From NCBI GenBank assembly GCA_963835575.1, contig CAWIGG010000006.1, forward strand, positions 101,151 to 165,150: a stretch of 64,000 nucleotides of DNA. The letters run 5' to 3'. Below are positions 25,595 through 36,183 of the stretch, in pieces. A program made the position numbers and the translations under genes. Numbering within the stretch: position 1 is the stretch's first letter; the number at the start of each line of letters is the position of its first letter. Under the pieces are notes generated by a model. The model worked only from the letters and a program-made list of their open reading frames with translations, searched no databases and was not told the DNA's origin. The DNA comes from an uncultured Spirochaetota bacterium (lineage in GTDB: Bacteria; Spirochaetota; Brevinematia; Brevinematales; JAOACQ01).

Positions 25595-28500
25595 ATGCCC
25601 AAAAGGACAGATATCCATAAAATCCTGATCATAGGTGCCGGGCCGATCGTCATCGGCCAGGCCTGCGAATTCGACTATTCAGGCACACAGGCCTGCAAGG
25701 CCCTCCGCGAGGAAGGCTTTGAGGTCGTGCTGATCAATTCCAACCCCGCTACGATCATGACGGACCCGGAAATGGCCGACAGGACCTATATCGAGCCGAT
25801 CACGACGGAATATCTCGAGAAGATCATAGAAAAAGAGCGGCCCGACGCGCTTCTGCCCACGCTGGGCGGCCAGACTGCCCTGAACGCCGCCGTCAAGCTT
25901 TATGAAGAAGGGATACTCGATAAATACAAGGTTGAAATGATCGGGGCCAATTACGAGGCGATAAAAAAAGGCGAGGACAGGGAGGAGTTCAACAAAGCGA
26001 TGAAGCGGATCGGGCTCAAGGTGCCGGACAGCTTTATCATTCATTCGCTTGATGAAGCCCTTGCCGTTGTCGATAAAATCGGGTTCCCGAACGTCATCCG
26101 CCCGGCTTATACCCTCGGCGGCACCGGCGGCGGGATCGCGTACAATATTGACGAGTTTAAAGAAGTCATAAAAAGAGGACTCGACGCGAGCATCAAGAAC
26201 GAGGTCCAGATCGATAAATCGCTCCTGGGCTGGAAGGAATATGAGCTCGAGGTGATGCGCGACAAGATGGACAATGTCGTCATTGTCTGTTCGATCGAGA
26301 ACTTCGACCCGATGGGCGTCCATACGGGCGATTCCATTACAGTAGCGCCGGCGCAGACCCTGACGGACAGGGAATACCAGAGGCTCAGGGACTATTCCAT
26401 CGCCATCATCCGCGAGATCGGCGTCGACACGGGCGGGTCCAATATCCAGTTTGCCGTCAGCCCGGATAACGGCGATGTGATCGTCATCGAAATGAACCCG
26501 CGCGTTTCGCGGAGCTCGGCGCTGGCGTCAAAAGCCACGGGCTTTCCCATCGCAAAAATCGCGGCGAAACTCGCCGTCGGCTACACCCTGGATGAGATCC
26601 CCAACGACATCACAAAAGAGACGCCGGCCTCGTTCGAGCCGACGCTGGATTATGTCGTCGTCAAAATCCCCCGCTTTAATTTTGAGAAATTCAAGGAAAC
26701 AAAACCCGTCCTCGGCACGCAGATGAAATCTGTGGGCGAGGTGATGGCCATCGGGAGGACTTTCAAGGAAGCGCTTCAGAAAGGAATGCGCTCCCTTGAA
26801 AATAAATACACGGGATTGAACGACTATCTTTATGGAAAGGGCGATATTTCTCTGGAAGAGCTTAAGAAAATACTGCCGGAAAAGCTCCGCATCCCCAATC
26901 CCGAGAGGATCATCGCGGTCAAGGACGCCATCAACGCCGGGTTTACGCCGGATGAAATATTTAATTATTCAAAAATCGATAAATGGTTCCTGTTCAACAT
27001 AAAGGAAATTGTTGATATGGAATCAAGCCTTAAGGGAAAGAAGCTGGAAGAGCTTGACCGGGACAGTATGAAAGAGATCAAGCAGTACGGGTTTTCCGAC
27101 TGTCAGCTTTCAGACCTTCTCGTTGGGGACCCGGGCGAGCTGAAGGTCAGGAAATACAGAAAGTCGCTCGGCGTGGAGCCGACGTATAAGCTCGTCGATA
27201 CCTGCGCCGCCGAGTTCCAGGCAAAGACTCCTTATTTTTACTCGACGTACGAGGATGAGGACGAGGCGTTTCCCACTCAGAATAAAAAAGTGATGATACT
27301 GGGCAGCGGCCCGAACCGCATCGGACAGGGTATCGAGTTCGACTATGCCTGCGTGCATTGTTCTATGGCCCTGCGTGAAGAAGGCTATGAGACGATCATG
27401 GTCAATTCCAACCCCGAGACCGTATCGACCGATTACGATATCTCCAGCAAGCTCTATTTCGAGCCGCTGACATTCGAAGATGTTATGAATATTTATGAAA
27501 AGGAAAAACCGCTGGGCATTGTGCTTCAGTTCGGCGGGCAGACTCCGCTGAAGCTCGCGGTGCCTCTGACGAAGGCCGGCGTTCCCATCCTGGGAACTTC
27601 GTCGGAATCGATCGATATAGCGGAGGACCGCGACCGTTTTCATGACCTGATCGAAAGGCTCGGTTTTAAACAGCCGCCTTCAGCAACGGCAAAGAATTTC
27701 AAAGAGGCCGCGGAGATAGCCGAAAGGATAGGCTATCCCATACTGGCGCGCCCTTCCTATGTGCTGGGCGGCCGCGCGATGCTGATCGTTTACGGCAGGG
27801 AAGAGCTGGAAAAGTATATGAAGGAAGAGGCCGAGTCTCTGAAGGACGGCCCGGTTTTAATCGATAAATTTCTGGAGAACGCGCAGGAAATCGATGTCGA
27901 CGCCATCGGCGACGGAAAAGATGTCGTTGCGGCCGGTATCATGCAGCACATCGAACAGGCCGGCATCCATTCCGGCGACAGCGCGATGATCCTTCCGCCC
28001 ATCACGGTGGATAAAAAAATGCTGAAGGAGATCGAGCGCCAGTCCATCGCCGTCGGCAAGGCCCTTGAAGTCAAAGGCCTGATGAATATCCAGTACGCCA
28101 TAAAGGACGGGGATCTTTATTTTATAGAGGTCAACCCTCGCGCTTCCCGCACCGTTCCTTTTGTCAGCAAGGCGACGGGGGTCCAGTGGGCGAAAATGGC
28201 TTCAAAGGTCATGGTCGGACACAGCCTTAAGAGCCTCGGCATCACAGGCTATAAAGAACCGTCCTATATTTCCGTCAAGGAAGTGGTGATCCCGTTCAAT
28301 AAATTTCCCGATGTCGACGCCGTTCTCGGGCCCGAAATGAAATCGACGGGCGAAGTGATGGGCATCGATACCGGCTTCGGTACGGCCTTTCTGAAAAGCC
28401 AGCTGGCGGCCGGGGAAAAGCTTCCCAGGGACGGGACTGTGCTTGTCACGGTGAACAACCAGGACAAGCCGAAAATCGTCAGGCCGCTTCAGAAGCTCCG

Positions 28501-28825
28501 GGCCCTCGGATATAAAATCATTTCGACATCGGGCACGGCGCAGTATTTGAAGGACAATAAAATAGAAAGCGGTGTTGTCCTGAAGCTGTCGGAAGGCAGG
28601 CCGAACATCATCGACGAGATCAAGAACGGCGCCGTCCAGTTCATCTTCAATACGCCGGCCGGCAAGGAAGCCCACGCGGACAACACCTATATCCGCAAAA
28701 CGGCGACAACTCTTAAAATACCCCTCTTTACCACAATACAGGCTATGGTGGCCCTAGCCGAGGCGCTGGAAGCGCTTCATCATAAGCCGGCGGATGTTAA
28801 ACCCCTGCAGGAATATTATAAATAA
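25595..28825 (+). CDS. carB: carbamoyl-phosphate synthase large subunit
   Basis: 1076 aa. The N-terminus is [41 protein letters not shown]. The duplicated ATP-grasp halves are present (second half [20 protein letters not shown]), along with an MGS-like C-terminus. Confidence 0.97.
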   Translation: MPKRTDIHKILIIGAGPIVIGQACEFDYSGTQACKALREEGFEVVLINSNPATIMTDPEMADRTYIEPITTEYLEKIIEKERPDALLPTLGGQTALNAAVKLYEEGILDKYKVEMIGANYEAIKKGEDREEFNKAMKRIGLKVPDSFIIHSLDEALAVVDKIGFPNVIRPAYTLGGTGGGIAYNIDEFKEVIKRGLDASIKNEVQIDKSLLGWKEYELEVMRDKMDNVVIVCSIENFDPMGVHTGDSITVAPAQTLTDREYQRLRDYSIAIIREIGVDTGGSNIQFAVSPDNGDVIVIEMNPRVSRSSALASKATGFPIAKIAAKLAVGYTLDEIPNDITKETPASFEPTLDYVVVKIPRFNFEKFKETKPVLGTQMKSVGEVMAIGRTFKEALQKGMRSLENKYTGLNDYLYGKGDISLEELKKILPEKLRIPNPERIIAVKDAINAGFTPDEIFNYSKIDKWFLFNIKEIVDMESSLKGKKLEELDRDSMKEIKQYGFSDCQLSDLLVGDPGELKVRKYRKSLGVEPTYKLVDTCAAEFQAKTPYFYSTYEDEDEAFPTQNKKVMILGSGPNRIGQGIEFDYACVHCSMALREEGYETIMVNSNPETVSTDYDISSKLYFEPLTFEDVMNIYEKEKPLGIVLQFGGQTPLKLAVPLTKAGVPILGTSSESIDIAEDRDRFHDLIERLGFKQPPSATAKNFKEAAEIAERIGYPILARPSYVLGGRAMLIVYGREELEKYMKEEAESLKDGPVLIDKFLENAQEIDVDAIGDGKDVVAAGIMQHIEQAGIHSGDSAMILPPITVDKKMLKEIERQSIAVGKALEVKGLMNIQYAIKDGDLYFIEVNPRASRTVPFVSKATGVQWAKMASKVMVGHSLKSLGITGYKEPSYISVKEVVIPFNKFPDVDAVLGPEMKSTGEVMGIDTGFGTAFLKSQLAAGEKLPRDGTVLVTVNNQDKPKIVRPLQKLRALGYKIISTSGTAQYLKDNKIESGVVLKLSEGRPNIIDEIKNGAVQFIFNTPAGKEAHADNTYIRKTATTLKIPLFTTIQAMVALAEALEALHHKPADVKPLQEYYK

Positions 28826-28870
28826 AACAATTTATAAATAATATTTTTTAACTTCACAATAGGATAATTC

Positions 28871-28939
28871 AGGCCTCACCCCCGTCCCCTCTCCAAATTT
28901 GGAGAGGGGTGCCGAGCTTTGCGAGGCGGGGTGAAGCCT
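28871..28939. repeat. nested palindrome downstream of carB
   Basis: Outer: AGGCCTCACCCC (28871-) versus CGGGGTGAAGCCT (28927-28939). Inner: a perfect hairpin CCCCTCTCC-aaattt-GGAGAGGGG (28886-28909). Confidence 0.75.
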
Positions 28940-29030
28940 CAAAGCCTTTTTCAATTTATTTATTGTTTTGATAAAATAGTGCGCTTGCTATAAAATAGCA
29001 GAATAAAATATTTATATTATAAAAATAGAT

Positions 29031-30230
29031 ATGAAAGAAAATAATATTCCGAAAAGAAAAAACCATTGCCCGATAATCCTTCTCCATGGCTTTCTTGGCT
29101 TCGGGCGTGACGAGGGCCTCGGCATCCGCTACTGGGGCGGCCTGCAGGACATGCAGGAGATTTTGAGGAAAGACGGCTATGAAGTCTATACGGCGTCTGT
29201 CGGGCCTGTATCAAGCAACTGGGACAGGGCCTGCGAGCTTTACGCATGCATCAAAGGCGGCAGGGTGGACTACGGCGCGGCGCATTCAAAAAAGTACGGT
29301 CATCAAAGGTTCGGAAGGTCATATCCCGGACTCTATCCGGAGTGGGGAGAAAAAGACAAAAAAACGGGCCGGGTCAAAAAAGTGCATATTCTGGCCCACA
29401 GCCAGGGCGGTCAGACCGCCCGGATGTTGGTCCAGCTTCTGGAAGCCGGTTTCCCGGGAGAAAAGAAAAAAAGCAAAGGCGGCTTCAGCCCGCTCTTTAA
29501 AGGCGGAAAGCGCTGGGTTTCCGGCCTGATGACGGTTAGTTCCCCGCACGACGGTACCACTTTGGCATCACAGTTCAAATATGATAATCCCGTCTTCAGG
29601 AAATTCCTCAGTAACCTGATATTTCTGGTTAAAAAACCGGTATACGATTTCAAGCTGGAACACTGGGGCCTTGTCCGAAAAAAAGGCGAACCGGCGCTGG
29701 ATTATATAGACAGGATTTTCAGCGACAGGAACTGGTACTTTACTGATGACGGCTGTTTTTATGATACAAAGCCCGAGGGAGCGGCTGCGATGAACAGGTG
29801 GGTCGCCGCCAGGCCGGACGTTTATTATTTTTCATGGAGCACCATGGATACCAAAGATAAAAAAGGCTGGCAGGTTCCCGGGTTCTGGATGAACCCCTTT
29901 ATCAGGAGATCGGCCCGGCTTATCGGTTCCTATATGCAGAAGGGAAACGGGCTTGTCGCTGTCGACAGCCGCTGGTTTGAAAACGACGGCGTCGTCAATA
30001 CCATTTCCATGAACGGGCCCAAGATCAATTCGAAGGATAAAATCATCAAATATAATGGCAGGCCCCGGCCCGGCGTCTGGAATGACATGGGCCGTATCGG
30101 CTCCACGGACCATATCGACATCATCGGCTTCAAAACGCTCCCATGGTACAGGCCTGATGGGTTCAAAAGTCTTACCGGCTGGTACCGCTATAACGCCGCT
30201 CTTCTGGCGTCGCTCCCCGAGCGGGATTAA
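29031..30230 (+). CDS. triacylglycerol lipase, bacterial family I (Geobacillus/Staphylococcus-like)
   Basis: Contains PIILLHGFLGFGRDE, YWGG, SNWDRACELYA, VDYGAAHSKKYGHQRFGR and the nucleophile elbow HILAHSQGGQTARML. Confidence 0.85.
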   Translation: MKENNIPKRKNHCPIILLHGFLGFGRDEGLGIRYWGGLQDMQEILRKDGYEVYTASVGPVSSNWDRACELYACIKGGRVDYGAAHSKKYGHQRFGRSYPGLYPEWGEKDKKTGRVKKVHILAHSQGGQTARMLVQLLEAGFPGEKKKSKGGFSPLFKGGKRWVSGLMTVSSPHDGTTLASQFKYDNPVFRKFLSNLIFLVKKPVYDFKLEHWGLVRKKGEPALDYIDRIFSDRNWYFTDDGCFYDTKPEGAAAMNRWVAARPDVYYFSWSTMDTKDKKGWQVPGFWMNPFIRRSARLIGSYMQKGNGLVAVDSRWFENDGVVNTISMNGPKINSKDKIIKYNGRPRPGVWNDMGRIGSTDHIDIIGFKTLPWYRPDGFKSLTGWYRYNAALLASLPERD

Positions 30231-30314
30231 TATTTACATTTGAAAATTTTCAGTTCCGTTAAAATATGCTATAATGATTCAGATTCTGAATTTCATACAG
30301 CATGACAATGTAAT

Positions 30315-32213
30315 ATGGCTCTATCACCCTTATTAACGGTCCTGCGCCTGATATTGCGTCGTCTGATAGATAATCCCGGGAGAATTATTGTGAATAGAAA
30401 AAAATCAATCTGGATTTATACTGCAATTTATTTTATATTGATTTTATTTGTATTTTTTATAATAGAAATCTCTTTGAGGCTGGCCGGAGCGGGTTACAGC
30501 ACGGATTTTTTTCTCAAGACAACTGTTAATAACAAGCTATACCTGACGCCTAACAGCCTTTTTATGGCGCAGTATATGACAAAAAACAATGTCACGGTAC
30601 CCGAATGCCCGCCTTTTTATTTTCCGGCCGAAAAGGGGTCTTCCGTATTCAGGATTTATGTCATCGGGGAATCGACAAGCCAGGGGTTCCCTTATTCGAA
30701 GACTGAGGCGTTCCCCTACCGGATGGGACAGATGCTGAACAGCCTTGAATTGGGGAAGAAGGCTGAAGTAATCAATTTTTCCATGTCGGCCGTAAATTCC
30801 CACATCGGGCTCGTCCTGGCAAAAGAAGCCGTCAAATACCCGCCCGATCTGGTCATCATCTATTTCGGGCATAATGAGTTCATCGGAATCGGCGGGGCGG
30901 CAGAGTTCAATTCCATTGGATTTCAAATTAATACTCTCCTTTCACAACTCCGAATTTATCAGCTCATAAAAGAAGCTGTTTCCGGCTTCGGGAATCAGGA
31001 AAGAAACGATTTGATGACCGAAATGGCGCGGAAACAGGGGATAATTTACGGTTCGGATCTATACCGGAAAACTGTCAGCGATTTCAGCAATAATTACGAG
31101 GGAATGATCAAACTTTTTCAATCCCGGGGCATACCGGTGATCGCCTGCGGTACCGCGGCCAATCTCAAGGACTTCCCGCCGGTCATGGGCGGGTTCCTTC
31201 AGAGCAATACCGGACCTGATCTGGAAATGATCATTAATAAAAATCCAAAGGGACCTGATAAGGAAAAACTGGATGCCGTCATAAAAAATAATGCCGGGGC
31301 CTGTTTTATGGCGGGAAAACTATTCTTGAAAAATAAGAACACCCAGCTCGCGCGTTTTTATTTCCGGAAGGCCTGCGACCTGGATAGTCTCCGCTTCCGC
31401 GCTTCGTCGGAAATACAGGCCGCCGTTTCCAGCCTTGCGCAAAAATACGGCTGCCTGTATATTGATATGCAGGCAATACTGGACGGCTTTGACAGGGACG
31501 GGATCAGCGGCGACGCCCTCATCCTCGAGCATGTCCACCCGACTCTTGAAAGCGCCGGCATTATGGCGGAAAAACTTGCCGATATGATAATCTCTAATTA
31601 TTTTAAAATGATGCCGCCGGTAAAATACAATATTACGCTTTATTCAACGCTGGTCGAGAAGGAATCCGCCGCCGGCAAACTGCGGAACCTCTTCAGCGTC
31701 TATCCTTTTACGGCCGTTAAATATTTCAACCCGAAGGGTTTTGAAGGGCTCTATGATATCAGGATTGACCCGCTGAAAAAAGGACGGCTTCTGATGGAGC
31801 CGAAAAAAGGCATTGATACAAATGAGCTGGCGCTGGTCTCGAAATGGCTTTCGCCGGGCGATACCCTGGACGATGTCCATGTAAAGTTCGGACATTATCT
31901 TTTTGCCGGGAAGAACGGGAGGCAGAGGGCTGAAATGGAGTTCCGGACGGCGTTCGAGGAAAATCCCCTGAATTTTTACGCGGCGAATAACCTGGCCGTG
32001 ATGAGGCTTACCGGCGGGGATATTGACGGCGGCCTCGAAATGCTTGAAGATCTTTATACAAGGAGATTCAGAGACAAAGAGTTCCTGGAAAACCTCTGGC
32101 TGGTCTATTCTAAACAGCAGAAATTCGAGGAATCAAAAAAAATAGAAAAAATACTGCTCCCTCTGGGGGCGGATTTGAATTCCATTCAAGAACTCCTGAT
32201 TATAGGGCTTTAG
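30315..32213 (+). CDS. SGNH/GDSL-like hydrolase domain protein with C-terminal TPR-like region
   Basis: N-terminal TM segment. Block I-like YVIGESTSQG, block III-like IIYFGHNEF and block V-like LILEHVHPT are present. The C-terminal region is helical-repeat. Confidence 0.55.
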   Translation: MALSPLLTVLRLILRRLIDNPGRIIVNRKKSIWIYTAIYFILILFVFFIIEISLRLAGAGYSTDFFLKTTVNNKLYLTPNSLFMAQYMTKNNVTVPECPPFYFPAEKGSSVFRIYVIGESTSQGFPYSKTEAFPYRMGQMLNSLELGKKAEVINFSMSAVNSHIGLVLAKEAVKYPPDLVIIYFGHNEFIGIGGAAEFNSIGFQINTLLSQLRIYQLIKEAVSGFGNQERNDLMTEMARKQGIIYGSDLYRKTVSDFSNNYEGMIKLFQSRGIPVIACGTAANLKDFPPVMGGFLQSNTGPDLEMIINKNPKGPDKEKLDAVIKNNAGACFMAGKLFLKNKNTQLARFYFRKACDLDSLRFRASSEIQAAVSSLAQKYGCLYIDMQAILDGFDRDGISGDALILEHVHPTLESAGIMAEKLADMIISNYFKMMPPVKYNITLYSTLVEKESAAGKLRNLFSVYPFTAVKYFNPKGFEGLYDIRIDPLKKGRLLMEPKKGIDTNELALVSKWLSPGDTLDDVHVKFGHYLFAGKNGRQRAEMEFRTAFEENPLNFYAANNLAVMRLTGGDIDGGLEMLEDLYTRRFRDKEFLENLWLVYSKQQKFEESKKIEKILLPLGADLNSIQELLIIGL

Positions 32214-32235
32214 TTGATGAAGGGGGCTTTTTCTT

Positions 32236-33906
32236 ATGAGAAGAAAAATATTTCTTCTTTGCTTTTTACTCATACCGGCTGTGCTTGCCTTTTCCGATCT
32301 GACAAGGGATTTGATCATGGCCGTCTCAAGAGGAAAATTGAAGGATGTGCAGAAGCTTATTGAAAAAGGCGCCAAGGTCAACGATCAGTACATCAAAGAC
32401 AGGACGCCGCTCCATTGGGCGGTCCTTCAGCCGAATATCAAAATTACCGCTTATCTGATCGGTAAAGGCGCTGTGGTGGACGCCCGGGATAAAAACATGG
32501 CCACTCCTCTGCATTATTGCGCCCTTAAAAAAAATCTTGATATGGTCAAGCTCCTGGTGATGAAAGGCGCGGATATCAACGCCCCGGATAAATACGGATG
32601 GACCCCGCTGCATTATTTCACATACTATGAGGATGTCCTGGCCGTTAAATATCTCATCGTCCAGGGGGCCGTCCTGACGAACCAGTCCACGCAGAAAAAT
32701 ATCGATATCGACGAGAAATCAACCCCGCTTGATATCGCGATAAAGAAAAATTATTCCAATATAATTACGGCGCTTGAAAATCCGGATAAATACATGAGGC
32801 TTTCAAAAAGGCCGGTCCTTTTTGTCTCCTGCGCGAAAAACCTGGGGCCGGATAATATCCTGATCGCCCCCAGAAAGGGCTTTCTGAATTTTACAGTGGA
32901 AAACAAGGGAGGATTTGAGGCGTATAATGTTACGCTTGAGATGGAGAAAATCTCGAACTGCGGCGGGCTGACGCTGGAAAATCCCCCGGTTTTCGATCTC
33001 TGGAGCGGATGGAAGAGGGATTTTTCCATCGGAGTGGAGGCGGCCCCGGATATAAAAGAAGGAACGGCGCTTTTCAGGGTCTACGCCCATGAAACGAATT
33101 CTTTTATTAAAAGCGAGGATATGATGCTGGAAATTCCCATAATGCCGCCCCAGCCGCCGGCTTTTGAAATAAGCGCATCAATGGATGAATCCCCGGACAA
33201 AGCTTTCCATGCCCGGCAGAAGAGCCATCTCCGGGTCGCGGTATTAAACAAAGGCAGAGGTTATTCTGAAAATACCCTTCTGCAGATAACGCCTGTCAAA
33301 GGCTGCGAAGAAATAGCTTTCAGCTCTGTCAGTAATATACCGTTCTCTCCGGGCGAGAAAAAATACTTTGACCTGACGGCGGAAACCTCATCTGACCTCA
33401 AGGACGGGACCGCGGAGTTTCTTGTTACGGCGCAGGACCCTTATTTTCAAATAATGCAGTCTAATCTCATAAAGGTTGAGACAAAAAGGCTCTTAAAGCC
33501 GCTTCTGGCTGTTGAATTCCTTACTGACATGAAAATTGAACAATACAGCGTGACGAATTCACTCTCATCCAATCAGGGGGAGGGAGTAACCAATATAGTC
33601 ATGTTTAAAACCAATATAGAGCCGCTGATAAAGATTTTCAACCGGGGCGAGGCATCGGCCAGGGATCTTTCATTCGACCTAAGGGTTTACGCCATTGAGA
33701 CCAATAATCACAGGGAAACGAATCTCAATCAGGCTTTTCATTACAGCGTTCAGGAAATAAGGACAAATGATTTCATGATCCTGCAGGTACCGCTCTTCCT
33801 GACCAATTATCTTGATTATATGAATAATGTCTGGAATTTATCCGGAAATGACGGGGAAAAACTTTCTTTTATTAATGCCAATCTTTCTATTGAAAATATG
33901 AAATAA
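32236..33906 (+). CDS. secreted ankyrin-repeat protein with large C-terminal beta-rich region
   Basis: Signal peptide, then 4 ANK-like units (TPLHWAV..., TPLHYCALKKNLDMVKLLVMKGADINAPDKYGWTPLHY...). Confidence 0.75.
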   Translation: MRRKIFLLCFLLIPAVLAFSDLTRDLIMAVSRGKLKDVQKLIEKGAKVNDQYIKDRTPLHWAVLQPNIKITAYLIGKGAVVDARDKNMATPLHYCALKKNLDMVKLLVMKGADINAPDKYGWTPLHYFTYYEDVLAVKYLIVQGAVLTNQSTQKNIDIDEKSTPLDIAIKKNYSNIITALENPDKYMRLSKRPVLFVSCAKNLGPDNILIAPRKGFLNFTVENKGGFEAYNVTLEMEKISNCGGLTLENPPVFDLWSGWKRDFSIGVEAAPDIKEGTALFRVYAHETNSFIKSEDMMLEIPIMPPQPPAFEISASMDESPDKAFHARQKSHLRVAVLNKGRGYSENTLLQITPVKGCEEIAFSSVSNIPFSPGEKKYFDLTAETSSDLKDGTAEFLVTAQDPYFQIMQSNLIKVETKRLLKPLLAVEFLTDMKIEQYSVTNSLSSNQGEGVTNIVMFKTNIEPLIKIFNRGEASARDLSFDLRVYAIETNNHRETNLNQAFHYSVQEIRTNDFMILQVPLFLTNYLDYMNNVWNLSGNDGEKLSFINANLSIENMK

Positions 33907-34007
33907 ACCGGGCATCAGCTCTTGAAACTTCTTTTCAGTATAAAAAATGTGATAAAACCGATGACCGCGGGAAGCTTTGAAGAAGAGGGGGCTGGATGGA
34001 ACTGTCC

Positions 34008-34889
34008 TTAAAATGCGACGGTATATTTCTTTAAGAGTTTAAAGGGGGCGTAGCTGAGTTTCGCTTTCCTGAGGCCTTCAATGCCCATGTCCTGTTCCCG
34101 GTTAACAAAGGGGAATTTTTCCGCGGCCTCCTTCTGCATAAAGAGCTGGTTGATGATCTGAAAGCTGCCGGTATAGGCTGAATCCGCTTTTTCGAAATGG
34201 ATGACAAAAGTCGTTTCGTTCAGCCGCTCGCCGAATGAAAAGGCCGCCAGCTTTCCTTGAACAAAAATCAGGCCTCCCGAGGCGTTCAGCCTGTCAAAAT
34301 GGCCGATAAATTCCTGAAAGGCGGAATACTCGTCCAGAATGCTTTTGTCCACTGCATGTTTTTCACCCATCCAGGTTTCAAAGAGCTCGAGGCATTGCTT
34401 TTGATATTGCGCTTCATAACGTTTATACTCAAACGGGTAATTTTCCCTGAATTTTTTGACAAACCCTCTTTTCCCGTCGAGGCGCCAGCCTTTGAGAGTT
34501 GCAAGCGATGAGGATTTATAAATATAATCAAAGCTGTTCCTGTCGGCGAGGACCGTACAGCCGGGCTTTTTGATGTATTTTTTCTGGAATTCCGGCACAA
34601 GCTCGATCAGGCGGATATCGTGCTCCCTTCCGTAATCGATGAGGAAATTGAGCATTTTTTCACAGTCCTCGTACCCGATCGGAGGCAGGAAATACGGCCG
34701 GTCTTCCTTATCGCGGGCCGTCATAAGAAGACCATCCTCATAGACGGTAAATTCGATATTTTTAGGTTTTGACCAGATGAAAAGATTGGTAAAAGTATAT
34801 TCGGATATTTTCGGCAGATAAAGGGAAAAAAAGCGGTCGAAGACCGGTTTATCTTCCATAGTAATGCTTTTAAAATTCAAGAGGTCCAT
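34008..34889 (-). CDS. DUF2156 domain protein (lysyl-PG synthase C-terminal-like)
   Basis: Contains ISEYTFTNLFIWS..., and the overall length and pattern fit DUF2156. Confidence 0.65.
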   Translation of the reverse strand: MDLLNFKSITMEDKPVFDRFFSLYLPKISEYTFTNLFIWSKPKNIEFTVYEDGLLMTARDKEDRPYFLPPIGYEDCEKMLNFLIDYGREHDIRLIELVPEFQKKYIKKPGCTVLADRNSFDYIYKSSSLATLKGWRLDGKRGFVKKFRENYPFEYKRYEAQYQKQCLELFETWMGEKHAVDKSILDEYSAFQEFIGHFDRLNASGGLIFVQGKLAAFSFGERLNETTFVIHFEKADSAYTGSFQIINQLFMQKEAAEKFPFVNREQDMGIEGLRKAKLSYAPFKLLKKYTVAF

Positions 34890-34901
34890 ATTAACTCCGG
34901 T

Positions 34902-35228
34902 TTATTTAGTTTTTATGACTGTGTCTTCTATCCAGGCAAGATAATCTTCTGAGCCGCCTGTAATAGGCGTCGCGATGATTTCTGGGACCTGGTAAGGGTG
35001 AATTTTCTTGACGGCTTGTTCTATTTCGTCGAATAAATCCTGTTTGGTTTTAATAATCAAAGTCCATTCTTTTTTCTTTTCCCTTTTCCCCTTCCACCAA
35101 TACAGGCTCTTTACAGGCCCGCCGATCTGCACGCATGCCGCAAGCCTTGCTTCCAGCAGGGCGTCCGCTATTTTATACGCCGGTTTTTTACTATTGACCG
35201 TGACCCTGATTTCTATATAATTGTTCAT
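34902..35228 (-). CDS. cutA: divalent-cation tolerance protein CutA
   Basis: Contains RLAACVQIGGPVKSLYWWKGK...HPYQVPEIIATPI...YLAWI. Confidence 0.85.
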   Translation of the reverse strand: MNNYIEIRVTVNSKKPAYKIADALLEARLAACVQIGGPVKSLYWWKGKREKKKEWTLIIKTKQDLFDEIEQAVKKIHPYQVPEIIATPITGGSEDYLAWIEDTVIKTK

Positions 35229-35287
35229 ATGAACCCTTAATTGATGTGCGGCACATCAGCTTTTAAGAAATTTTAATATTGATTAAA

Positions 35288-35422
35288 GACCTTTGCACGG
35301 TAAACTTAAGTTAATTCGCTACCTGATAAAACTTTAGGCAATAAATTGCCGCTTTAAACTGGACTTTTGCACGGTTTCTATTTAATTATCCGTTAATGGT
35401 TTGCGGAAACCGTGCAAAAGTC
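35288..35422. repeat. GACTTTTGCACGG-word inverted repeat (plus one extra half-copy)
   Basis: Perfect 17-bp IR GACTTTTGCACGGTTTC (35362-35378) versus GAAACCGTGCAAAAGTC (35406-35422). There is a third degenerate copy, GACCTTTGCACGGTAAAC (35288-35305), and a nearby palindrome GATGTGCgGCACATC (35243-35257). Confidence 0.8.
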
Positions 35423-35472
35423 TTGATTAAATATAATAAAAAGAGAGTAAAAAGTGAAATTATCAAGTTTGT

Positions 35473-36159
35473 CTAGACAGTTTTTAAGCATTTCTCCTTT
35501 ATCTTGAACGCATCGTTCAAATGAACGACCTGATGCCGCGCGGCGGGCATCAGCAAAATTCCGGCCGTCGTTTTTCTGCCCCAGAAATCGATCAGCCAGA
35601 CGGAATCTTTGTCTTCCAGAACGCCGCCTTCATCCAGAATCCGTTTGAGCCGGTCCGGGGCCGGTTTTTTTTTCATGTCTTCATACTTTAATCCGCCGAT
35701 GATATGCCGGGTCTGCCGACCCACGGCCATGCGGTAATTCCGGAGTTCCGTCCAGTTGATTTTTGCGCTGAAATCAAGGATTTCATCCCTTGTCATGGCA
35801 TTGCCCGTGTCCCGGACGGATGTGTTCAGCCGTTTGTTCCAATCACCGCTGTTTATGACCTGGCTGTCTCCTTCTATAAGGATATTAACGGTGATGTCCT
35901 CGATGCGCGTGATATGCCAGATATTCCATGCGATTGTCAGAGCATGGCCGGCCGGCAGGGCGCGGAACATGCTTTCCGTCAGGCCGTCCCACAATTTGTC
36001 CTCGAAGGTTTGCGTTTTACTGCCCGAAACGTCCGAAGCATGAAGCAGCGCATGCATTTCCAGGCAGAGGGAGACGGCCTCAATAAATCTTCCGGGGTTG
36101 TTGATGATTTCTTTCAGCCGTGATTGTTTCGGATTCCATTGAGCGGCGGATATTGTCAT
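35473..36159 (-). CDS. hypothetical protein (possibly DinB-like helical bundle)
   Basis: 228-aa ORF. The spaced His residues and helical pattern are only weakly suggestive of DinB. Confidence 0.4.
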   Translation of the reverse strand: MTISAAQWNPKQSRLKEIINNPGRFIEAVSLCLEMHALLHASDVSGSKTQTFEDKLWDGLTESMFRALPAGHALTIAWNIWHITRIEDITVNILIEGDSQVINSGDWNKRLNTSVRDTGNAMTRDEILDFSAKINWTELRNYRMAVGRQTRHIIGGLKYEDMKKKPAPDRLKRILDEGGVLEDKDSVWLIDFWGRKTTAGILLMPAARHQVVHLNDAFKIKEKCLKTV

Positions 36160-36183
36160 ACTGTTTCCTTATTTACTGAAGAG

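Noticed and set aside
25679-28686. Multiple 65-214-aa minus-strand ORFs inside carB (for example 25679-26323, 27110-27643, 28202-28675)
   Set aside because: They lie antisense to a highly conserved, uninterrupted carB reading frame. They are Arg/Pro/Gly-rich shadow ORFs typical of the opposite strand of a GC-richer gene.
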